DNA from: an uncultured Thermoleophilia bacterium
Lineage (GTDB): Bacteria > Actinomycetota > Thermoleophilia > Miltoncostaeales > Miltoncostaeaceae
Length of the DNA stretch: 64,000 bases
Reading direction: 5' to 3'
NCBI GenBank assembly: GCA_963770865.1
Contig: CAVYRD010000002.1
Span: 79,030 to 143,029, forward strand
Shown: piece by piece, positions 39,591 to 48,851 of the stretch
How positions within the stretch are numbered: the first letter of the stretch is position 1
Layout: each line of letters opens with the position of its first letter
Made by a program: the position numbers and the translations under genes
The notes under the pieces: model-generated
What the model was told of the DNA's origin: nothing
Databases searched by the model: none
The model's input: the letters and a program-made list of their open reading frames with translations, nothing else

Positions 39591-41660
39591 GTGGACACGT
39601 CCGAGTATCTCGGCCTCTTCCTTGACGAGAGCCGGGAGAGCCTGCAAGCGCTGAACGCCTCTCTCCTGGACCTCGAGCGCGACCCGGGCGACTCGGAGCC
39701 GCTCACCGTCATCTTCCGGGTGGCGCACTCGCTCAAGGGGATGAGCGCCACGATGGGCTTCAACGCCATGGCGCGCCTCACCCACCGGATGGAGGAGGTC
39801 CTCGCCGCGATGCGCGACGACGGCGCCCCCGTGACCCCCGCCCTCACCGACTCGCTCTTCGCCTGCCTGGACACCCTCCAGGAGATGGTCAACCGGGTCG
39901 AGGGCGGCGACGCCGAGGAGGTCAACGCCTCCGCCGTGATGGACCGCCTCGACCAGATCTCCCACGGCGCCGCCCCCGCCGCCGCCGCGGCCGAGACGGC
40001 CGTCACCCTCGCGCCGCCGTCCGCCGGCACGCCCCTCTCGGAGTACGAGCGCATGGTGGTGGCCGACGCCCACGAGCGCGGCCTGGCCGTGCTGCGCGTG
40101 GACGTGGCCTTCGACGAGGGCTGCCGGCTGGCCGCCGCCCGCGCCTTCATGGTGGTGCAGGAGCTCGAGGCCCACGGCGACCTGATCACGAGCGAGCCGC
40201 CCGCCGAGGGCGTCGAGGCCGGCGAGGTCGGGGACGGCGTGGCCTTCTGGGTCGCCGTCGCCTCCGACGCCGACGAGGACGAGGTCCGCGCCGGGGTCCT
40301 GCGCGTCAGTGAGGTCTCCTCCTGCGAGGTCACCCGCATCGAGATCGACGAGGACGCCTCCCCCGAGCAGGAGGCAGAGGCCGGCGAGACCGCCCCCGCG
40401 GCCGCCCCCGCCCGCGCCGCGGCCTCCGAGAAGGGCGGCTCCGAGTCGCGCTTCGGCCGCGGCGCCTCGACCGTGCGCGTCGGCACCGACCGCCTCGACG
40501 CCCTGATGAACCTGATGGGCGAGATGGTCATCCAGCGCACCCGCCTGGCCCAGCTCTCGAGCCGGCACGAGCTGAGCGACCTGCGCGGCGTGGTGGAGGA
40601 CATGAGCCGCGTCACCGACGACCTGCAGACGCTGATCATGCAGGTGCGGATGATGCCGGTCAACGCCGTCTTCATGCGCTTCCCGCGCATGGTGCGCGAC
40701 CTCGCCAACACGCTCGACAAGCGGGTCGACCTCGTCATCTCCGGTGAGGACACCGAGCTCGACCGCACGGTCGTCGACGGCCTGGGCGACCCGCTGGTCC
40801 ACATGCTGCGCAACGCGGTCGACCACGGGCTCGAGCCGCCCGAGGACCGCGTCGCAGCCGGCAAGGACCCGACGGGCACCGTGAGCCTCTCGGCCCGCCA
40901 CGCAGGCAGCAGCGTGGTGATCGAGGTGCGCGACGACGGCAGGGGCATGGACCCCGAGGCGCTGCGCGCGTCGGTCGTCCGCAAGCACCTGATGGACGCC
41001 GGGACCGCCGCCTCCCTCAGCGACGAGGAGGCCCTCCAGCTCGTCTTCCTCCCCGGCTTCTCGACGGCGGAGCAGACCACCGACGTCAGCGGCCGCGGGG
41101 TCGGGATGGACGCGGTCCGCACCGCGATCACCGACCTGAGCGGGGAGGTCTCGATCCAGAGCACGATCGGCGAGGGCAGCTCCTTCACCATCCGCCTGCC
41201 GCTCACGCTCGCGATCATCCAGGCCCTGCTGGTGGAGGCCGGCCTCGACCACGGCGGCCAGTCCGGACAGGTCTGGGCGGTGCCGCTCGAGGCGATCGAG
41301 GAGACCGTCCTGGTGGACCCGGCCGACGCGCGCCCGGTGGGCGGCCGGCCCTGCGTGGTGCTGCGCGACAGCGTCGTGCCGCTCGTGTGGCTGAGCGAGC
41401 GCCTCGACCTCGGCGGCCCCGGCAGCGCGAGAGAGCCCGACGGCCCGTTGCGCGTCGTGGTGGTCCACGCGGGCGCGACCCGCATCGGCATCGTCGTGGA
41501 CGACCTGGTCGGCAAGCAGGACGTGGTCATCAAGCACCTGCCCGACTTCCTCGGGGACGTCGCCGGCGTGGCCGGCGCGACGATCCTCGGCGACGGCTCG
41601 GTGGCCCTGATCCTCGACGTCGCCGCCCTCGCGGCCTCCCAGCCGCGCGGGACGGCATGA
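39591..41660 (+). CDS. cheA: Chemotaxis histidine kinase CheA
   Basis: IFRVAHSLKG (Hpt), HMLRNAVDHG, GFSTAE, SGRGVGMD, C-terminal CheW-like domain. Confidence 0.95.
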   Translation: MDTSEYLGLFLDESRESLQALNASLLDLERDPGDSEPLTVIFRVAHSLKGMSATMGFNAMARLTHRMEEVLAAMRDDGAPVTPALTDSLFACLDTLQEMVNRVEGGDAEEVNASAVMDRLDQISHGAAPAAAAAETAVTLAPPSAGTPLSEYERMVVADAHERGLAVLRVDVAFDEGCRLAAARAFMVVQELEAHGDLITSEPPAEGVEAGEVGDGVAFWVAVASDADEDEVRAGVLRVSEVSSCEVTRIEIDEDASPEQEAEAGETAPAAAPARAAASEKGGSESRFGRGASTVRVGTDRLDALMNLMGEMVIQRTRLAQLSSRHELSDLRGVVEDMSRVTDDLQTLIMQVRMMPVNAVFMRFPRMVRDLANTLDKRVDLVISGEDTELDRTVVDGLGDPLVHMLRNAVDHGLEPPEDRVAAGKDPTGTVSLSARHAGSSVVIEVRDDGRGMDPEALRASVVRKHLMDAGTAASLSDEEALQLVFLPGFSTAEQTTDVSGRGVGMDAVRTAITDLSGEVSIQSTIGEGSSFTIRLPLTLAIIQALLVEAGLDHGGQSGQVWAVPLEAIEETVLVDPADARPVGGRPCVVLRDSVVPLVWLSERLDLGGPGSAREPDGPLRVVVVHAGATRIGIVVDDLVGKQDVVIKHLPDFLGDVAGVAGATILGDGSVALILDVAALAASQPRGTA

Positions 41661-41753
41661 GCACCGGCCTGGAGCTCGGCCGGCGACGTCCTCCACATCC
41701 CGACCTCGGAGGCGCTCACCACCGTCCTCGAGCGGCGGGGCCTGGGCGAGTGA
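41657..41753 (+). pseudogene. Scar of internally deleted cheC
   Basis: ATG overlaps the cheA stop (MSTGLEL); out-of-frame tail LHIPTSEALTTVLERRGLGE* overlaps the cheD start. Confidence 0.55.
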
Positions 41754-42256
41754 GCACCGCGGTCGTCGGCTCGTCGGCCGGCCCCAGCGTGGGCATCGGC
41801 GAGATCGCGGCGAGCGACATCCGCCCCGTGGTCATCTCGGCGCTCGGCCTCGGGTCGTGCATCGGGGTGGTCATGACCGACACCCGCGCCGGCATCGCCG
41901 GAATGGCCCACGTGATGCTGCCCCAGTCGTCGTCGACCTCCTCCGGATCGCCGGGCAAGTTCGCCGACACGGCGATCCCGGCGCTGCTGGACGAGGTGCT
42001 GCGGCTCGGCGCCGTCCGCTTCCGGCTCGTCGCCACGATCGCCGGAGGCGCGCAGATGTTCGGCGCGGGGTCCGGCGCGACCCTCCTCAACATCGGCGGC
42101 CGCAACGACCTGGCCGTCCGCAGCGCCCTCGCCTCCCACGGCGTCCGCCTCCGCGGCGCGGACGTGGGCGGCAACGTCGGCCGGACGATGTCGGTGACCG
42201 TGAGCACCGGCGTCGTCACCGTCCGCGCCGTCGGCGGGATCGCGGTGGAGCTGTGA
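41750..42256 (+). CDS. cheD: Chemoreceptor glutamine deamidase CheD
   Basis: LGLGSCIGV, GMAHVMLP, KFADTAI, GGAQMF, DVGGNVGR. Confidence 0.92.
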   Translation: MSTAVVGSSAGPSVGIGEIAASDIRPVVISALGLGSCIGVVMTDTRAGIAGMAHVMLPQSSSTSSGSPGKFADTAIPALLDEVLRLGAVRFRLVATIAGGAQMFGAGSGATLLNIGGRNDLAVRSALASHGVRLRGADVGGNVGRTMSVTVSTGVVTVRAVGGIAVEL

Positions 42257-42311
42257 GCCGCGCCGCCCCCGCGAACCGCTCGTCCCTCACCCGACCCGTC
42301 CCCGAGCACCC

Positions 42312-42685
42312 CGAGGTCCCGGCATGCCCAGTGTGCTGATCGCCGATGACGCCGCGTTCATGCGGATGATGATCAAGAACATCCTCACCGACGCCGGCTA
42401 TGAGGTCGTCGGCGAGGCCGAGAACGGCGCCGTCGCGGTCTCCAAGTACCGCGAGCTCAAGCCCGACCTGACCACCATGGACATCACGATGCCCGAGATG
42501 GACGGGCTGGCCGCCCTCAAGGAGATCCGCGGCCAGGACCCCCAGGCGCGGGTGGTGATGTGCTCGGCCATGGGCCAGCAGTCGATGGTGATCGAGTCGA
42601 TCCAGGCCGGCGCGCGCGACTTCATCGTCAAGCCGTTCCAGCCCGAGCGCGTGCTCGAGGCCGTCCAGAAGGCCCTGGCCTGAGG
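42312..42685 (+). repeat. 374-bp direct repeat, copy 2
   Basis: Identical to 37116-37489. Confidence 0.9.
42324..42683 (+). CDS. cheY: CheY (copy 2)
   Basis: Identical to copy 1. Confidence 0.93.
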   Translation: MPSVLIADDAAFMRMMIKNILTDAGYEVVGEAENGAVAVSKYRELKPDLTTMDITMPEMDGLAALKEIRGQDPQARVVMCSAMGQQSMVIESIQAGARDFIVKPFQPERVLEAVQKALA

Positions 42686-42722
42686 CTCCGCGGGCCCCCG
42701 CGCGACGCGCCGGACGCCGGGC

Positions 42723-42749
42723 TCAAGGCAGGGCCCTCCTTACCGATTC
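42723..42749 (+). promoter_or_regulatory. Sigma28-type promoter upstream of the MCP
   Basis: TCAA-N15-ACCGATTC. Confidence 0.5.
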
Positions 42750-43751
42750 TTGATCCACACAGGTCGATGTCGTCGCCGAGAAGCGCACGACCTGATCGCG
42801 AAGCTGCAGGCCTCGGTCGGCGCATACAACGGTGTCCGCGCCGAGTACGCCTCCGGTCTCGGCGAGCACTCGTGCCTCGTCAGCCTCCAGGAGCGGCTCG
42901 ACTCGCTCACCGACAACTGCCTCGCCGGGCTGACCGAGGGCCTCGGGAAGATGGCCGAGGGCGACCTGACCCACGGGGTGATCCCGGTCACCACGCCGGT
43001 GACGACCGACGACGGCCTCCAGCTCGGCCGGCTCGCGAGCACGTTCAACACCACGCTCGACCGGATGCAGAGCTCGATCGTCGACTACAACCGGATGCGC
43101 GAGGAGCTGAGCGTCGTCATCGGCGAGATCCGCGAGATGACCGGCACGCTCGCCGCCGCCGCGCAGGAGATGGCGGCCACGGCCGAGGAGACCGGCTCCT
43201 CGGTGGACGGCATCGCCCAGCTGATGCTCGGCGTGGCCGAGGGCGCGGGCCGCCAGGACGAGATGATCGCCGGCGCGGCCGTGGTGGGCGACGAGGCCGT
43301 CAGCCTCGCCACGGAGGCCCGCAGCGTCGCCGAGCGCGGCGTGCGGCTCACGGTGCAGATCGACTCGATCGCCGGCCAGACCAACCTGCTGGCCCTGAAC
43401 GCCGCCATCGAGGCCGCCCGCGCGGGCGACCAGGGCCGCGGCTTCGCCGTGGTCGCGGACGAGGTGCGCAAGCTGGCCGAGGCCGCTGCCGCGACCTCCA
43501 CCCAGACCCGCCAGGCCTTCACCGAGCTCGCCAACAGCATCGAGCGCACCTCCGGGTGCGTGGACCAGCTGGCCAACGCCACCCGCGAGGTCTCCGACGT
43601 CACGCGCGAGACCCGCTCGGCCGCCGACCAGGTGTCCACCGCGACGCAGCAGACGAGCGCGGCCAGCGAGGAGGTCGCGGCCTCCAGCGAGCAGCTCGCC
43701 CGCACCGCGGAACGGCTCGCCGAGTCGGTGGCGCGCTTCACCACCGTCTGA
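42750..43751 (+). CDS. Soluble methyl-accepting chemotaxis protein (start uncertain, possibly 5'-truncated)
   Basis: [35 protein letters not shown]; HAMP-like segment; no TM. Confidence 0.85.
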   Translation: MIHTGRCRRREAHDLIAKLQASVGAYNGVRAEYASGLGEHSCLVSLQERLDSLTDNCLAGLTEGLGKMAEGDLTHGVIPVTTPVTTDDGLQLGRLASTFNTTLDRMQSSIVDYNRMREELSVVIGEIREMTGTLAAAAQEMAATAEETGSSVDGIAQLMLGVAEGAGRQDEMIAGAAVVGDEAVSLATEARSVAERGVRLTVQIDSIAGQTNLLALNAAIEAARAGDQGRGFAVVADEVRKLAEAAAATSTQTRQAFTELANSIERTSGCVDQLANATREVSDVTRETRSAADQVSTATQQTSAASEEVAASSEQLARTAERLAESVARFTTV

Positions 43752-43900
43752 CGCACCGTCCGTCCGCGAGGGCGACGCGAGGGGGCGTGCCGCCCGGGAC
43801 CCGGTCCCGGGGGACCGGTGCGTCCCCTCGCCGCGTTTGACCGCGGCGCGCCGGGTGTGAGAGAGGTGGCCCGACCACACGCGCGAACCGAGGTGCCCCC

Positions 43901-44170
43901 ATGTGCCGCAACATCCGCACGCTCCACAACTTCGAGCCGCCGGCCACCCCTCACGAGGTGCAGGCCGCCGCGCTCCAGTACGTCCGCAAGATCAGCGGAT
44001 CGACGCACCCCTCGCAGGCCAACCAGGAGGCCTTCGACCGCGCCGTCGAGGCCGTCGCCGCCGCCTCGCGGCAGCTCCTGTCCGACCTGGTGACCAAGGC
44101 CCCGCCGAAGTACCGCGAGATCGAGGCCGCGAAGGCCCGGGCCCGCTACCAGCGCCGCCGCGCCGCGTAG
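43901..44170 (+). CDS. DUF2277 family protein
   Basis: MCRNIRTLHNFEPPAT...AAALQYVRKISG. Confidence 0.85.
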   Translation: MCRNIRTLHNFEPPATPHEVQAAALQYVRKISGSTHPSQANQEAFDRAVEAVAAASRQLLSDLVTKAPPKYREIEAAKARARYQRRRAA

Positions 44171-44197
44171 GGCTCCGGGCCGGACCGGGGGGCCACG

Positions 44198-45380
44198 CTG
44201 ACCGGCCGGCCGCCCTGGGCGCTGCTCGTCGCCCTCCTCCTGCTGGTGAGCGCGGCGGTCTACGGCCTGGCCCGCTGGCAGCCCTTCGAGCCCTCGGCCG
44301 CGCCGGCCGCGGACGTCGCCACGGGCGACGCCGCCGCGGGCGCGCAGGTCTTCGCGACGGCCTGCGCCGTCTGCCACGGCCCGAAGGCCGAGGGCGGCGT
44401 GGGGCCACGACTGGCGGGCTCCGGCCTGACGGCCGCGACCGTGGCCGGCGTGGTCGCGACGGGGCGGGGGATCATGCCCGCGGGCGTCGTCAGCGGGGCG
44501 GAGGCGGCCGACGTCGCCGCCTACGTGGCGAGCATCTCCGGCGCCGGGGCCCCGGCGGCCACCACGCCGGGCACCGCCACCGCGCCCGCCACGACGGCCC
44601 CGGAGGCGCCCACCGGGGGCACCGCCCGGCTGACCGGACCGGCCCTCTCCGGGGTGACGGTCCAATTGGCCGCGCCCGCGCCGGCCGATTGGCCGATCCG
44701 CCTCCAGGGCCCCGTCGGACGCCTCCAGATCGGCGTCCTCGCCGCCGGCGAGCGCGAGCTGTCGGTGGGATCGACGCGCGGGGGGCGCAGCATCCTCGAC
44801 GGCTTCGACACGATCGAGGTGGGGGTTCAACCCCGCGGCGCCGGATCTGCGGGGCACGATCGCCGCCGACCGTTCCGCCGATCTCACGGCGCTCCTCGTG
44901 GACGATCCCGGCACGTCCGGCGCGCGATCGGCGCTCGACCTCGCCGCCGCCCAGGTGGCGGTGCTCCACGAGCACGTCGGCTTCCTACGGGCCGCCCGCG
45001 ACGAGGGCAACCTGCCGAACGTCCGCTTCCACGGCGAGCACATGGTCAACATCACCCGCGGCGCGCCGCTGCGCGACGTCGACGGCAACGGCGAGGTGAG
45101 CAATCCGGGCGACGGGGTGGGCCTCCTCGGCGCCGACGGCTGGCTGCGGCGCGTGGGCGCGCTCATCGGCCCGCCGCTCACCGACGCCGACCGGGCCGCC
45201 GCCGCGCAGGCCTCCGTCATCGCCCGCCGCGGCGAGGTGGCCGGGACCTCCGCAAGCGTCGCGGCGGCCGGGCCGTCGGTTGACGCGATCGCCGCCGCCG
45301 ACGCCCGCCTGCGGGCCGCGTGGGCGCGCCTGCGCGCCCGTGCCCGCGCGTCGGCCACGATCCCCCTGGAGCCGCGGTGA
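44198..45380 (+). CDS. Membrane-anchored monoheme cytochrome c with extra C-terminal domain; +1 frameshift at ~44826
   Basis: TM anchor, CAVCH, GIMP; second frame HGEHMVNI...DVDGNG...NPGDG; start uncertain. Confidence 0.72.
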
Positions 45381-45856
45381 CCACGCTCCCCCTCGACGTC
45401 GCCTCGGGCTACGCCGACGCGCTCGAGACCGTGTTCTCGAGCGCCATCGCCGGCAAGGCCTGGCTCGCGACGATCGCGATCGCCCTGGGGCTGGTGCAGA
45501 TCTCGACCGGGGCGCGCATCTACGGGAAGTTGGCCGGCGTCCTGCCGTTCGGACCGGGGACGGCCGCGCGCGTCCACCGCTGGTCGGGCCGGCTGGCGGT
45601 TCTGGTGACGCTGCCGATCGTCTTCCACTGCGTCACGATCCTCGGCTTCCAGACCACCGACACCCGGGTGGCGATCCACTCCATCGTGGGCTCGTTCTTC
45701 TACGGCGTGCTCGCCGCCAAGCTGCTCGTGGTGCGCGAGCACTCCTTCCCCTCGTGGGCGCTGCCGCTGGCCGGCGGGACGCTGTTCGCGATGCTGGCGG
45801 TCATGTGGATCACCTCGAGCGGCTGGTACTTCACCGAGGTGCGCTTCGGGTTCTGA
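45377..45856 (+). CDS. DUF6529-like 4-TM His-containing membrane protein
   Basis: HRWSGR, FHC, HS..G...Y...AAK; GTGA overlap. Confidence 0.7.
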   Translation: MTTLPLDVASGYADALETVFSSAIAGKAWLATIAIALGLVQISTGARIYGKLAGVLPFGPGTAARVHRWSGRLAVLVTLPIVFHCVTILGFQTTDTRVAIHSIVGSFFYGVLAAKLLVVREHSFPSWALPLAGGTLFAMLAVMWITSSGWYFTEVRFGF

Positions 45857-45893
45857 CACCCTTGGCGCTCCGGCGGCGCGCGAGGAGGACGGG

Positions 45894-46793
45894 ATGGGCG
45901 AGGGCGGCACGGCGGGGCGCCCGGCGGTGGCGGTGCTCGGCCTCGGGATCATGGGGAGCCGGATGGCCGCGCGGCTGCGCGACGCCGGGTTCTCGCTGAC
46001 GGTGTGGAACCGCGACCCCGACAAGGCCGCCGCGCTGGCCGGGCCGGGCGTGGAGGCGGCCGCCGATCCGGCCGCCGCGGTCACCGGGCGCGACGTGGTC
46101 GTGATGATGCTGGCCGACGGCCCCGCCTCGGAGGAGGTCCTCTGGGCCCGCGGCGCGGCGGAGGCGCTCGTGCCCGGCGCGGTGGTCGTGGACATGGCCT
46201 CGATCCCGCCGCCCGACGCGCGCGCGCACGCCGCCCGCCTCGCCCCGCGCGGGGTGGCCTACCTCGACGCGCCGGTGTCGGGCGGCGCGCGCGGCGCCGA
46301 GGAGGGGACGCTCACGATCATGGCGGGCGGCGACGCGGAGGCCTTCGAGAGGGTGCTGCCCGTGCTCGCCCCGCTGGGGCGGGCCAGCCGCATCGGCCCC
46401 TCCGGCGCCGGCCAGGTGGCGAAGACCGCCAACCAGCTGATCGTGGGCGTCACGATCGGCGCGGTCGCCGAGGCCCTCCTGCTCTCGGAGGCCGCCGGGG
46501 CCGACCCGGCCGCCGTGCGCGAGGCGCTGATGGGCGGCTTCGCGGACAGCCGCATCCTGCGCGAGCACGGGGAGCGGATGCTGGAGGGCCGCTTCGCCCC
46601 GGGCGCGCGGGTCGCGACCCAGATCAAGGACCTGCGCACGGTCCAGGCCCTCGCGCGGGAGACCGGGGTGGAGCTGCCGCTCGCCGCGCGCGTGACCGAG
46701 CTCTACGAGGACCTGCGCGCGCACCTCGGCCCCGACCTCGACCACGCCGCGCTCTACCTGGAGCTGCGCCGGCGCATGGAGGCCGCGGCGTGA
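45894..46793 (+). CDS. Beta-hydroxyacid dehydrogenase (tartronate semialdehyde reductase-like)
   Basis: GLGIMG, DAPVSGG, K..NQ, KDL. Confidence 0.9.
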   Translation: MGEGGTAGRPAVAVLGLGIMGSRMAARLRDAGFSLTVWNRDPDKAAALAGPGVEAAADPAAAVTGRDVVVMMLADGPASEEVLWARGAAEALVPGAVVVDMASIPPPDARAHAARLAPRGVAYLDAPVSGGARGAEEGTLTIMAGGDAEAFERVLPVLAPLGRASRIGPSGAGQVAKTANQLIVGVTIGAVAEALLLSEAAGADPAAVREALMGGFADSRILREHGERMLEGRFAPGARVATQIKDLRTVQALARETGVELPLAARVTELYEDLRAHLGPDLDHAALYLELRRRMEAAA

Positions 46794-47569
46794 CGCGCCT
46801 GTCGGCCCATCTCGGCACGCTCTGGCCCGAGCTCGACCCGCTGGCGCGCCCGGCCGCGGCGCGCGCGGCGGGCTTCACGATGGTCGAGGCCTGGTGGCCC
46901 CCGGCGGCCGTCGCCGGGGCGTGGGTGGAGGCGGTCCGCGCGGCGGGCCTGCGCGCCGTGCTGGTCAACGCCGACGGCGGCGACCTGGCGGCGGGCGAGC
47001 GGGGCTACTGCGACGTCCCGGGGCGCGAGGACGAGGTGCTCGACGCCGTGCGGGCGGCCGCCCGGGTCGTGACCGCGGCAGGGGGCGACGCCGTCAACCT
47101 GCTCGTCGGCCGGCGCGACCCGGCCCGGACGGAGCCCGAGCAGCTCGCGCACGCCGCCGAGGTGGTGCGCGCCGCCGCCGGCGCCGCGGCCGCGGCGGGC
47201 GCCCGCATCGTGGTGGAGCACCTCAACCCCCTCGACGTTGACGGGCCCCTGCTGCCGACGCCGGCCGACGCCGCGGCCTTCGTGCGCGCGGTGGGCCACG
47301 ACTCGGTGAGCCTGCTCTTCGACGCCTACCACGCCGCCCGCGCGGGCCTCGACCCCCTGGAGGAGGTCGGCCGCGTGGCCGGCCTGATCGGCCACGTGCA
47401 GTACGCCGACAGCCCCGGGCGTGGCGCGCCCGGCACGGGCGAGGTTGACCTGCGGCGCCTGCTCGAGCGGCTCGACGCCCTGGGCTACGCGGGCCCGGTG
47501 GGGCTGGAGTTCGTCCCGGCGGGCTCGACGGAGGAGGCGCTCGCCTCGGTCCCCGGGCTCGGGGGCTGA
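46790..47569 (+). CDS. Hydroxypyruvate isomerase family (TIM barrel)
   Basis: GF..VE.W.P, FDAYH, HVQYAD.PGRG.PGTGE, VGLEF. Confidence 0.85.
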   Translation: MTRLSAHLGTLWPELDPLARPAAARAAGFTMVEAWWPPAAVAGAWVEAVRAAGLRAVLVNADGGDLAAGERGYCDVPGREDEVLDAVRAAARVVTAAGGDAVNLLVGRRDPARTEPEQLAHAAEVVRAAAGAAAAAGARIVVEHLNPLDVDGPLLPTPADAAAFVRAVGHDSVSLLFDAYHAARAGLDPLEEVGRVAGLIGHVQYADSPGRGAPGTGEVDLRRLLERLDALGYAGPVGLEFVPAGSTEEALASVPGLGG

Positions 47570-47739
47570 TCAAGGACGGCGGGCGGGGGAGGCTCGTCGT
47601 CGTGACCCGTGATGCCGTCGCGGAACCCGCGGACCCCCTCGCCGATGCCGCGCGCGATATCCGGCAGGCGCTTGGAGCCGAACACCAGCAGCACGACGAT
47701 CGCCAGGATGATCAGATGGCCCGGGGCCAGCTCCCCCAT
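47485..47739 (-). CDS. tatA: Twin-arginine translocase TatA/TatE
   Basis: LLVFGSKRLPDIARGIGEGVRGFR; GGAGG RBS. Confidence 0.88.
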   Translation of the reverse strand: MGELAPGHLIILAIVVLLVFGSKRLPDIARGIGEGVRGFRDGITGHDDEPPPPAVLDQPPSPGTEASASSVEPAGTNSSPTGPA

Positions 47740-47846
47740 CGCGGTCCTCCCGTCCGCGGGGCCCGGCGGCCCCGTCGCGGTTGACGGTAGCCTCCGCGCG
47801 GCCGGGAACTCGGAACGCCATCTGAACGCCGAGCGGGGGAGACGGG

Positions 47847-48845
47847 GTGGAGCACCGACGGCGCGCCGCGATCGCCGCCGTGGCCGCGGGCGCCGTGGCG
47901 GTGGCCGTGGTGATCGCCGTGACGCGCGGGGGCGGCGGCCCCGGCCCCTCGCCCACCGCCCCGGGCACGACGGGCGCGCCACCCGCGACCACCCCCGTCC
48001 CGCCGGCGCCCCCGGTGCCCCCGTGGGGAGACTTCGCCGGCGCGCCGCCGGACCTGGCCGCGCCGCCGGGCGGCAGCGCGGAGCTCGCCGGCCCGCCGGA
48101 CGGCCGCTCGCTCACCGTGCGCCGGGCCGACGGCAGCGTCGCGGCCCGCGCGCGACTCGACGAGCGCGGCGCGACCGAGGCGCGCTTCTACGACCGGGCC
48201 GGGCGGCTGACCGTGGTGGTCGCCGGCCTGCGCGTGACGCGCGGCGTGTCCGCGGGCGGCGCCCGCGTGCGCTGCGGGTCGTCCGCCAGCGCCCCCGCCG
48301 CCTTCCGCTGGACGCGCTTCCCCATCCGCTGGCGCCTGGCCGGCCGGCCGCCCTCGGGCGTCTCGCGGGCGGCGGGCCTCGCCGCGCTGCGCCGCGCGCG
48401 CGCGACCTGGAACGCCAACCGCTCCCACTGCCGCTCGATCCGCGACCGCTCACGCGCCCGCTTCGCCTTCGCCGGGACGAGCGGGCGCACCACAGGCCGT
48501 GACGGGGTGAGCCTGGTCGAGTTCGGCGATGTTGACCGCCTCGGCGGCGCCTGCGCGGGCACGGTCGCCTGCACCATCACCTGGGTCGCGAGCGGCCGGG
48601 CGGTCGAGTCGGACACCCGCATCGACCGCGCCCACGCCGGCGGCTTCACGACCCTGCGGCCGCGGCCCGGGCGGCTCGACCTGGCGAGCGTGCTTGTGCA
48701 CGAGAGCGGCCACACCCTCGGCTTCGACCACGTCTCGGCGCGCAGCGTGGTGATGTTCCCGGTCCTCGCCCGGGGCGGCACGGCCGGCCGGCGCCTCGGC
48801 CGCGGCGACGCATTGGCGAGCAACCGCAAGTACCCGACGACCTGA
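47847..48845 (+). CDS. Membrane-anchored matrixin (M10)-like zinc metalloprotease
   Basis: HESGHTLGFDH plus Met-turn VMFP; N-terminal TM. Confidence 0.82.
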   Translation: MEHRRRAAIAAVAAGAVAVAVVIAVTRGGGGPGPSPTAPGTTGAPPATTPVPPAPPVPPWGDFAGAPPDLAAPPGGSAELAGPPDGRSLTVRRADGSVAARARLDERGATEARFYDRAGRLTVVVAGLRVTRGVSAGGARVRCGSSASAPAAFRWTRFPIRWRLAGRPPSGVSRAAGLAALRRARATWNANRSHCRSIRDRSRARFAFAGTSGRTTGRDGVSLVEFGDVDRLGGACAGTVACTITWVASGRAVESDTRIDRAHAGGFTTLRPRPGRLDLASVLVHESGHTLGFDHVSARSVVMFPVLARGGTAGRRLGRGDALASNRKYPTT

Positions 48846-48851
48846 CGGCGC

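Noticed and set aside
37116-42685. che cluster as a composite transposon
   Set aside because: The flanking repeats are cheY genes; no transposase, terminal inverted repeats or target duplication.
20155-44831. Programmed ribosomal frameshifting or phase variation in ClC, MaoC and cytochrome c
   Set aside because: No slippery heptamers or SSR tracts (except one G5 run). The shared GTCGAC context is better explained as a basecalling artefact.
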